Source of the DNA: Pyrinomonadaceae bacterium
GTDB lineage: Bacteria > Acidobacteriota > Blastocatellia > Pyrinomonadales > Pyrinomonadaceae
DNA: 64,000 bases
Reading direction: 5' to 3'
Assembly: GCA_035251975.1 (NCBI GenBank)
Contig: DATFDT010000053.1
Coordinates: 762-64,761, forward strand
Shown here piece by piece: positions 27,156-34,648 of the stretch. The notes under the pieces were generated by a model. That model ran no database searches. It was not told where the DNA came from and saw only the letters and a list, made by a program, of their open reading frames with translations. Position 1 is the stretch's first letter. Each line of letters starts with the position of its first letter. The translations under genes and the position numbers were made by a program.

Positions 27156-27869
27156 TTATGGCTTAACTACGTACATCGTGGGCATCCAGCCAAACGGGAA
27201 AGTTCTCAGTTTCGCATCCGGCATGAACTCTTTGATAGCACGAGTTTCACCGGGCGCAACCTCGTGATTGAACTGATCAAAAATAAATACTCCGCCACTT
27301 GTCAAACGCGGCCAGAAATGTTCGAGCGTCGAACGAACAACTTCATAGATGCCGCAATCGGCAAAGATTAGTTTGAATTGGAGGTGCGAGTTTTCAGTGA
27401 AGAAATCCCCGAGTTGTTTCGTGACATCGAGATTGTGAATATGAACGATGTTGTCGAGTTGCTGCGCCTTGATCAGGTTTAGCACTCGATCGTAATCCTC
27501 GTAGCATTCGCCTTGCGCCACATACTTTTCTTCTTCAGTGATCTTCGCTCCCTGGAACCAATCAAAGCCATGCACGAGCGTCAACGACTCAGGCTCGAAA
27601 AGCTTCATTAGTTTGGCGAAAAACAAGCTGCCCGCGCCTTTATAAACTCCGATCTCGGCGACGTGGCCCGCCACACCAAGGGTCATCTTGTACGCTTCAT
27701 ACAGCGAAATGAAACGCGCAATCGTCAGATGACCGGCGAATGCCGGAAAGTAGTGAATGTAATCGCTGACGTCGAATCCCAGCGACATGATCTGCTGCAA
27801 GCCTTCATAATATTCCGGCTTCCGCGAAGCAAATTTCCTCAGCTCGTATTTTCCTGTGGCCTCTGTCAT
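27156..27869 (-). CDS. SAM-dependent O-methyltransferase, TylF/MycF (macrocin-O-methyltransferase) family
   Basis: EIGVYKGAGSLFFAKL and FADCGIYEVVRSTLEHFWPRLTSGGVFIFDQF match the TylF-type fold and metal-site region. Confidence 0.7.
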   Translation of the reverse strand: MTEATGKYELRKFASRKPEYYEGLQQIMSLGFDVSDYIHYFPAFAGHLTIARFISLYEAYKMTLGVAGHVAEIGVYKGAGSLFFAKLMKLFEPESLTLVHGFDWFQGAKITEEEKYVAQGECYEDYDRVLNLIKAQQLDNIVHIHNLDVTKQLGDFFTENSHLQFKLIFADCGIYEVVRSTLEHFWPRLTSGGVFIFDQFNHEVAPGETRAIKEFMPDAKLRTFPFGWMPTMYVVKP

Positions 27870-27880
27870 ACGTGTTCAGA

Positions 27881-27903
27881 TACCACAGATTACACGGATT
27901 TTA
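27881..27903. repeat. Family C half-element (single arm)
   Basis: ATACCACAGATTACACGGATTTT matches one arm of ATCCACAGATTACACAGATTC. No partner arm is present. Confidence 0.6.
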
Positions 27904-27904
27904 C

Positions 27905-27942
27905 AAAAAACATCCCGTCCGCCTGGAAGACGAACGGGATGT
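27905..27942 (-). terminator. Rho-independent terminator downstream of the beta-helix gene
   Basis: The minus strand reads CATCCCGTTCG-TCTTCCAGG-CGGACGGGATG followed by TTTTTTG. Confidence 0.75.
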
Positions 27943-27979
27943 GTTATGCGTGGACAGTTAAGTTCGGGGGGTTCGGAAC

Positions 27980-28900
27980 TTAGCTGACTCCCTTGGCACT
28001 GCAGCCCGGGCAGTTGTCAACACCGTTGGAGAAGATCCTGTTGTTACCCCAGGTATCGATTACCCCTCCGGCTCCGACTAATGCTCCGGTACCCGAATTC
28101 GTGAAGATGTCGTTACCGTTTAGGCGGACGACTGAACCACCAGTAAGCGCCTGCACACCATTGGTGTTGTTGTGAATCTGAGAATTGGTGATATTAACCA
28201 CAGCCACGCCGCCAATTCCTTCAGCGAGCACACCGTTGTTGGTATTGCCCGAGAACACACAATGATCGGCGGTAAGACGTGAGTTGCCCTTCGCGTGTAT
28301 GCCCTGGGCGTTACCGTTGAATGACGAGTTCTCGAACGTTCCCTTGATCTGTCCACTCGATGTTGTGGAATCGACCCCGGCGCCGGTATTGTCCCTGATT
28401 ACCGTATTTCTGATAGTTATCTGTAGATCGTTAGTCTCAGCAATACGGATACCCGGTCCCGCGAATCTGAACATTACACAGTCTTCAATGTTGACGGTCT
28501 TGGCCTGAAGAATATTCATCGCTCGAAGCCCGTTACAGAAGCCGTTAATGGAAATACCACGGATCGTGATCACGTCAGTTGATGCTGCGTTGATGGTAAT
28601 CCCGGTAGTTAGAGAAGCCAGAATGGAAGCAAACGTTCCAGTGCCATCGAGGGTGATCGACTTGGTGATCGTAACGGCGCCAAAACCACCTGGATCCAGC
28701 GCATCAATCTCACCGCAAGCGGCAGTTTTCGAAATCGCGCCGGCCCATGTTTTACAGGGGGCCGTGCGGCTACACGGGTTAGCGTCGTCACCCACACCTG
28801 ATACCCAGGTGCGCGACGCCTGCGCGTTCGCAATTGAGGCAAAAGCGAAAGTGAAGATCGCAATTGCGACAAACTTGAGCGTGAACCGAAACTTGTTCAT
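27980..28900 (-). CDS. Secreted right-handed parallel beta-helix repeat protein (pectate-lyase/epimerase-like fold)
   Basis: Start set at the ATG at 28900 (GGAGATTCAAAATG) giving signal peptide MNKFRFTLKFVAIAIFTFAFASIANA. Repeated IT..N..I..N / G...N.G coils run throughout. Confidence 0.7.
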   Translation of the reverse strand: MNKFRFTLKFVAIAIFTFAFASIANAQASRTWVSGVGDDANPCSRTAPCKTWAGAISKTAACGEIDALDPGGFGAVTITKSITLDGTGTFASILASLTTGITINAASTDVITIRGISINGFCNGLRAMNILQAKTVNIEDCVMFRFAGPGIRIAETNDLQITIRNTVIRDNTGAGVDSTTSSGQIKGTFENSSFNGNAQGIHAKGNSRLTADHCVFSGNTNNGVLAEGIGGVAVVNITNSQIHNNTNGVQALTGGSVVRLNGNDIFTNSGTGALVGAGGVIDTWGNNRIFSNGVDNCPGCSAKGVS

Positions 28901-29160
28901 TTTGAATCTCCTTTTAGTTTGAAGCTGTAGGGTCGCTATCAATGGGGTACGGACAGTTCCGGCCACTGTTGCTATCCCTCTCATTAAAAAAAGTAGCTGC
29001 TAACAAGTAGTAACCCTTGGATTTGCGAGTATTGCCAGCACCGTGCTCAATAGGATCGACGGGTCATTGATAAGCGCGCTCCGAGGATGGCGCTATTACT
29101 AACGCGTCAAGTGCATGGCAAATTGGTACACCGTAAGTTCAAAATAATTAAACCTCGATT

Positions 29161-29196
29161 CAAGCGAGGAATGCTCAGTTGAGCATTCCTCACTTG
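29161..29196 (-). terminator. Strong hairpin 10 nt downstream of the HYR-protein stop codon (possible terminator)
   Basis: CAAGCGAGGAATGCTCA-GT-TGAGCATTCCTCACTTG, a 17-bp stem with one G-U position. Only a distal U-rich run follows (TTTAATTATTTT). Confidence 0.5.
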
Positions 29197-29206
29197 TTGC
29201 TGCGCT

Positions 29207-31930
29207 TTACTTGAACTTAAAGTTCGCTCGATGTTCAGTGCCGTCGTTGAGCGTTACGATCAACTGGCGACACGTATTCTTCCACGAGTTCTGCGTCTTC
29301 CAGACGTAGATATACTGGTCGGTCGACGCGTCGTAACTGAGGCTGCTGCCACCGGCATTAAGTGTTTCTTCAATGTCGGCTTGAGGCGCGCTGCCGTCGC
29401 AACTAATCGAAACCGTGGTCGGCGAGTTGGCAGCAAAGATGTTGAGGCCCTTGTTTCCACTAAGGCTGAACTTCACCGGAACTGCCTTGCCTGCATTCAC
29501 CACGTTAAAGACAGGCAGGTTATCAACCGGCTGGAAGAAACCTGTGAAGTCGTAAAGCACCGTCACCGTGAAGCTGCACTCAACGGAATTACCGCTGGCA
29601 TCCGTCACCCTGTACGTGTTGGTAGTGGTTCCAACCGGGAATGCTGCTCCGCTTGGTAACCCTGCCGTTTGCGTAGTTGTGGCTCCGCCGCAATTGTCCG
29701 TACCGACGGGTGCTGTGTAGTTCACAACCACCGACGTGGCGGTCGAGTTCAGCGGTAAGGACACGGTGATGTTGGACGGACAAGTGATTGCCGGTGGAAT
29801 GGCGGGACTTTCCGTCACGGTAACAAGCTGTGTTCCGGTCGAGGTATTACCTGCCGCATCTTGCGCGGTGTAGGTGATCGTGGTGGTTCCGGTTGGGAAT
29901 ATATTTCCTGCTGGTACACCACTGCGAACGACAGTCACCGTGCTGTTGCACGCTCCTTCGTCAGTTGCCTCCGCGGTTCCCAACTCATCGTCAAGTAATG
30001 CTGTACACGATGCGGTGGTTACGCTCACGTTTGCAGGGATCACAAGAACTGGCGGCGTGTTATCAGCGCCACCGCCTGCTAACACCGTGACGCTTTGCAC
30101 GCACGATGCAACGTTGCCGTTGAGATCATCGGTCGCGGTCCACGTAATCGTTGTCAGACCAGCCGGGAATGGATCGGACAGTGGCCGATCGTCACTTCGG
30201 CGTGGAGTTAGAGTTACATTGTCGGGCAGGTTAACTGTCGGAGTACCGATAGTTGCTGCCGAAATCGTAGCCTCACACGATCCACTTGGAGCGGTGACAC
30301 TGACGTTTGCCGGGCACGTAATCGTCACCGGATCTCTATCGCCCGCCGACAGTACCGTAACGGTTTGCGTGCAGCTTGCCGTGCGACCACCCGCATCGGT
30401 AACGGTCCAGGTGATTCCCGTACTTCCGATTGGGTATGGATCAGTCACCGCGTGAACTACCGCCGGAGTGACAATATTTCCATCATCGTCAAAGGTCGCA
30501 GGCACATCGTCACTGCGGACGGCCGTTACTGTTCCACCGCCGGATGCGTCAATCATCGGAGTACCCGGACCCATCGGCAATGTAAACTCAGTATCGCCTA
30601 CCGGAGCCGTCACCGTGATGTTTGCCGGGCACGAGATTGTCGGCGGATTAGAATCCAGAACGGTAACAGTGAAGAAGCAACTTACTGCTCCTACTTCCGA
30701 AGAGGACGTAACCGTATGCGTGCCGACCGTAAAGAATGAGCCCGATGCCGGACTGTTCGTTACGGCTCCGCAACTGCCATCAACCGAAGCTGCTGCAAAG
30801 GTAACAAAAGCTCCAGGGTTACCTTCGGAAGTGGTATCAGCGGTTACGACCACGTTAGCCGGACAAGTCAGCGCGCAGGTTCCACCTACACCGGACACAA
30901 CCACCGCGCTTGACTCGACGAAGTTGTTTAGTGCGTTAAGGTCATTTGTGCCCGTTGGGTTGGTCGCACTTAAGCCGCCAATATCCGCCCGGTTGAGAAT
31001 AGTGGTGTCAGCCAGTGTTCCGGAGTTGATTTCGTAAACTCCTACGAATGTGGCTACCGCATTGGAAGACAAACCAGTGATTGTGCAGGTCGTCGTTCCC
31101 GTACCACCAGCCGTCGGAGTAGTACACGTAAATGTCGGCCCGGTGAGCTGTTGAAACGATACGAAAGTCGTGTTGGCCGGGACGGCGTTCGTCAGCTCGA
31201 TATTTGCGGAGCTGTCAGGTCCGTAGTTGGTTACTTGCAATCCGAATGTAGCTTGTCCGCCCGCTTGCACGGAGTCAGATACGACAGTCGAAGTCACTGA
31301 AAGATCCGCGGTAGCGTTAGCCGGATCGATGACGGTAAATTCAGCGGTCGCCTCGCGAAAGTAGAAGAAAGGATTTCTAACGGCTACGGTCCATAATCCC
31401 CGGCTATCAACTGTGCCCGCCTCGAAAGTGGCTGTTATCGGCAGGGAATCGGTCTGAGGATCTGTCGTGATGTCAGTTGCCTGAACGACTGTTGCGTTAG
31501 GGCTTACCCAATTAATGCGTCTGGGAAAGAACGAATCAATAGAGAATCCACTAACTGATATGCAAACAGTTTCTCCTACTTCGAAAACTGTCTTTGGCGT
31601 TGTGCAGTCGTCTGCATAAGTTGTGATACTGGGTAGCGCTGCCAGAGGGGTGAATATCGGTTCGACTTTTGTCAGCATGGCGCCGGCGTGATTGAGCTCG
31701 ACGGCGCTGACCGGCGCAGTGATCTCTTTGCCGGATGCGGCCCCATTTCGTTGTTCACGTTCAGTTCGGTTTGCGGATACGGAAGTACTCACGTAAAGAC
31801 TACCCGCGAGGAAGCCCATGAGAACTAAAATTGCCGTGAGACGAAGGAGTAGCCGGGTGCGGTAAGTCTTTTGCGTTGCACTAGCGACGGGGAGGCCATC
31901 GCCTTTGAAGGATAGACTTAATGCTTTCAT
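29207..31930 (-). CDS. Large secreted/anchored repeat protein: N-terminal anchor, DUF11/CARDB-like domain, five HYR (hyalin-repeat)-like modules, C-terminal PxKF-type domain
   Basis: The hydrophobic N-terminus is LLLRLTAILVLMGFLAGSLYV. HYR-like modules begin with CPANVVVT, CPANITVT, CPANVSVT, IPANVSVT and CPSNITVS. Each ends in ...C.(Q/F)(T/S)VTVL. The C-terminus reads NAGKAVPVKFSLSGNKG. Confidence 0.7.
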   Translation of the reverse strand: MKALSLSFKGDGLPVASATQKTYRTRLLLRLTAILVLMGFLAGSLYVSTSVSANRTEREQRNGAASGKEITAPVSAVELNHAGAMLTKVEPIFTPLAALPSITTYADDCTTPKTVFEVGETVCISVSGFSIDSFFPRRINWVSPNATVVQATDITTDPQTDSLPITATFEAGTVDSRGLWTVAVRNPFFYFREATAEFTVIDPANATADLSVTSTVVSDSVQAGGQATFGLQVTNYGPDSSANIELTNAVPANTTFVSFQQLTGPTFTCTTPTAGGTGTTTCTITGLSSNAVATFVGVYEINSGTLADTTILNRADIGGLSATNPTGTNDLNALNNFVESSAVVVSGVGGTCALTCPANVVVTADTTSEGNPGAFVTFAAASVDGSCGAVTNSPASGSFFTVGTHTVTSSSEVGAVSCFFTVTVLDSNPPTISCPANITVTAPVGDTEFTLPMGPGTPMIDASGGGTVTAVRSDDVPATFDDDGNIVTPAVVHAVTDPYPIGSTGITWTVTDAGGRTASCTQTVTVLSAGDRDPVTITCPANVSVTAPSGSCEATISAATIGTPTVNLPDNVTLTPRRSDDRPLSDPFPAGLTTITWTATDDLNGNVASCVQSVTVLAGGGADNTPPVLVIPANVSVTTASCTALLDDELGTAEATDEGACNSTVTVVRSGVPAGNIFPTGTTTITYTAQDAAGNTSTGTQLVTVTESPAIPPAITCPSNITVSLPLNSTATSVVVNYTAPVGTDNCGGATTTQTAGLPSGAAFPVGTTTNTYRVTDASGNSVECSFTVTVLYDFTGFFQPVDNLPVFNVVNAGKAVPVKFSLSGNKGLNIFAANSPTTVSISCDGSAPQADIEETLNAGGSSLSYDASTDQYIYVWKTQNSWKNTCRQLIVTLNDGTEHRANFKFK

Positions 31931-32496
31931 TATGATCTCCTCTTATGATCAAGCGGGCCGTTCAAATGCCTGGGTCCGACGATGGGAATACTTCGGAAAT
32001 TAAACCTTATGGCGGTCCAATTGCGCGCGCCTATAACTACGGAAGAGAAATGGACAACGAAGTCGGACAGAATGCGTTCATCGGGTGTCGGGGGATTTTC
32101 GTCGGACTTTTTTTACCTGGAGTGAAACTCGACTAGTTTTTCATTTGGATTCTAACCCGCTGGCCTATTCGATTTTTAAGCGTCATGCATTTCTGAAGTT
32201 TAGTTTGGCCGTCATGGCGCGAAGCTGGACGCGCGGTTGGATGCTTCGGTAGCTTCAGTTAGAGGAACACGCGACGACTCGAAAATTCAGTGAATCGTCA
32301 CAGGACCATCAGAAACGACGGGGGTGTATAAAACATTTCCTTTTCCAAGTCAATAAGAAAATATTAAAAATCAGACATTGCGACTGGACCATGTGAATAC
32401 ATACGGATTGCGGCACGCCCGCAATTTGCCACCGGAGCAATAGTTTGATAACAGATTGCGTTTTGATTTTCGTTCGTGAGGTTAATGTAAAAAAAG

Positions 32497-33522
32497 ATGC
32501 GTAGATTCCTCGTAACGGGTGGCGCTGGATTTATCGGTTCAGCCTTCGTCCGCCTGCTGCTCGACGTCGTTCCTGAAAGCGAAATTATCAATCTCGATTT
32601 ATTAACGTACGCGGGAAATCTCGATAACCTGGAGGGATTGGATCCGGCGCGACACCAGTTCATTCATGGCGATATTGCGGCCGCTGAAACGGTTCACGAA
32701 GCGTTACCGGCTGGCTGCGAGGCGATCATAAATTTCGCCGCGGAGTCACACGTAGATCGAAGTATTGCTGACAGTGCTGAATTCCTTCGTACGAACATCA
32801 TCGGCACACAGGTGTTGTTGGATGCCGCCCGTGCGAAAGGTGTGAAACGTTTCGTCCAGGTGTCGACCGATGAAGTAATGGGCAGCTTGTCTCTGGAAGA
32901 TTCAGGCTATTTCACTGAGGAATCGCCATTCGCGCCGAATAGTCCTTACGCGGCTTCGAAGGCAGCGGCTGAGCATTTGGTCCGTGCGGCCCATCACACG
33001 TTTGGTTTGGATGCGGTCGTGACCCGGTGTGGAAATAATTACGGACCACGACAGTTTCCTGAAAAATTTTTGCCGCTGATGATTTGCAACGCCCTCAACG
33101 ATCAGGCGATACCGATCTACGGCGATGGACTCTACGTGCGCGATTGGATCTTTGTGGACGATCATTGCCGCGCTATCCTGGCGGCGCTCGAAAAAGGCCG
33201 GCCGGGCGCGGTCTATAATATTGGGGCGCGCAATCAACGACAAAATATCGAAGTTGCCGAATCAGTACTCGCCGCGTTGGGAAAACCGAAGTCTTTGGTC
33301 CGTTTTGTTACTGATCGGCTCGGTCACGATCGTCGTTATGCAATAGACCCATCGCTGGTCGAATCTGAGCTGGGTTGGCGGCCACAGGAGACGTGGGAAA
33401 GCGGCATTCAAAAGACGATTCAGTGGTACCAGGAAAACAGCCGTTGGATCGAGCGGACGCGAAATAATGAGTACCGCGAATACTATCAAAAACAGTATGG
33501 CGATAAGGGGGCGGCAAGTTGA
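32497..33522 (+). CDS. rmlB: dTDP-glucose 4,6-dehydratase
   Basis: VTGGAGFIGSAFVR, HFAAESHVDRS-type region (NFAAESHVDRS), VSTDEV, catalytic YAASKAAAEHL. 341 aa. Confidence 0.9.
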   Translation: MRRFLVTGGAGFIGSAFVRLLLDVVPESEIINLDLLTYAGNLDNLEGLDPARHQFIHGDIAAAETVHEALPAGCEAIINFAAESHVDRSIADSAEFLRTNIIGTQVLLDAARAKGVKRFVQVSTDEVMGSLSLEDSGYFTEESPFAPNSPYAASKAAAEHLVRAAHHTFGLDAVVTRCGNNYGPRQFPEKFLPLMICNALNDQAIPIYGDGLYVRDWIFVDDHCRAILAALEKGRPGAVYNIGARNQRQNIEVAESVLAALGKPKSLVRFVTDRLGHDRRYAIDPSLVESELGWRPQETWESGIQKTIQWYQENSRWIERTRNNEYREYYQKQYGDKGAAS

Positions 33523-34373
33523 GAGTCGTCGTTACTGGCGCTCGTGGTCTGGTTGGCCGAGCCCTGACTGAGCATTGTGCTGCTGTTGGCGATGAAGTTC
33601 TTTCTTACGGGCACAAGGATTTGGATATCACTGACCGCGACGCTGTTCGGCAAGTGATCCATGGCAATCGGCCTGACGTGGTCATTAATTGTGCCGCATG
33701 GACCAACGTCGACGGATGCGAGTCCGACCAGGAGAGAGCTTTTTCAGCGAATGCCGCAGGACCGGAGAATCTTGCTGCTGCGTGTAAAGAAGCGGAGTGC
33801 ATTTTTATAACGATCTCGACTGATTACGTGTTTGACGGTGAAAAATCCGGTTTCTATACCCAACTGGATGAGCCGAATCCCGAGAGTGTTTACGCGGCCA
33901 GCAAGCTGGAAGGTGAACGTCTTTCCAGGCAGGCTTATGGTCGTTCGATCGTCGTTCGCACCGGATACATCTTTGGCTCCGGCGGAACTAATTTCCTGAG
34001 CACTGTCGTGGAGCGCATTAGGAAGGGCGAGCGACTCAAGACGATCAGTGACGCTTACGGAACCCCCACTTATGCAAAAGATCTCGCGGTGCGTTTGCGG
34101 GAATTGGCAGAGAAAAATGTCTCGGGTATTTATCACGTGGTGAACAGCGGACCGGGTGTGAGTTTTGAAGAATTCACTCGTAAGGCTGTCGCCCTGATTG
34201 GGAATCGCGAAGTAGTGGTGGAAACGGTCTCAGCAGACACTCTAAATCGTCCGGCGAAGCGCCCGCGCAATTCTCGTATGCGCTGCCTGCTCACCGAAAA
34301 GATAGGTCTTCCCCCTCTCCGCGACTGGGAAAGCGCCCTTGAAGAATTCTGTAAGCCTGCGAAGCAGGCGTAA
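33519..34373 (+). CDS. rmlD: dTDP-4-dehydrorhamnose reductase
   Basis: 284 aa. VTGARGLVGRAL, NCAAWTNVDGCE, STDYVFDG, YAASKLEGE. 4-nt overlap with rmlB. Confidence 0.85.
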   Translation: MRVVVTGARGLVGRALTEHCAAVGDEVLSYGHKDLDITDRDAVRQVIHGNRPDVVINCAAWTNVDGCESDQERAFSANAAGPENLAAACKEAECIFITISTDYVFDGEKSGFYTQLDEPNPESVYAASKLEGERLSRQAYGRSIVVRTGYIFGSGGTNFLSTVVERIRKGERLKTISDAYGTPTYAKDLAVRLRELAEKNVSGIYHVVNSGPGVSFEEFTRKAVALIGNREVVVETVSADTLNRPAKRPRNSRMRCLLTEKIGLPPLRDWESALEEFCKPAKQA

Positions 34374-34375
34374 GC

Positions 34376-34590
34376 ATAGCTCGCGAAGCGAGCGACAGCA
34401 TAAAGCCTGGGGCGCAAGCCCCAGGATCGAGTTAATTAAATAGCGCCGAGCCCGTGAAACGGGCGACAGCGTTCGAACATTATGCGCTGTCGCCCGCTCT
34501 GCGGGCTCCACCAATAATGGGATTCGTGATCCGGGGGCTCGCGCCCCAGGCTTTATGCTTATGCCCGCTTCGCGGGCTAAGCCTTGCGGG
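34376..34590. repeat. Family F composite palindrome: two inverted ~85-90-nt modules, each made of short GC-rich hairpins
   Basis: AGCATAAAGCCTGGGGCGCAAGCCCCAGGATC (34396-) pairs with GATCCGGGGGCTCGCGCCCCAGGCTTTATGCT (-34559). GAGCCCGTGAAACGGGCGACAGCG pairs with CGCTGTCGCCCGCTCTGCGGGCTC around the centre TTCGAACATTAT. Confidence 0.85.
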
Positions 34591-34648
34591 ATTCGAACAC
34601 TCTGTTATTATTCTTACCCACTCTGTTCTGAAGTAAGGGGCTGAATCT

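Noticed and set aside
27958-27979. Possible hairpin AAGTTCGGGGGGTTCGGAACTT just after the beta-helix gene stop
   Set aside because: Only about 6 bp can pair, around a G-rich loop. The convincing terminator lies 20 nt further downstream.
29874-31037. Plus-strand ORFs of 193, 189 and 124 aa opposite the HYR-protein gene
   Set aside because: They are antisense to a long ORF with clear repeat-domain structure. The Val/Thr/Ala/Pro-rich translations mirror the Thr/Val/Gly-rich sense protein and have no start context.
31945-32136. 63-aa ORF in the divergent control region
   Set aside because: It is short, has no RBS or motif, and lies where promoters are expected. Treated as non-coding.
32247-32253. 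ops/JUMPStart-like CGGTAGC upstream of rmlB
   Set aside because: Only 7 of the 12 positions of GGCGGTAGCGTG match (context CTTCGGTAGCTTC), which is expected by chance in 566 bp. No evidence that this lineage uses RfaH/ops.
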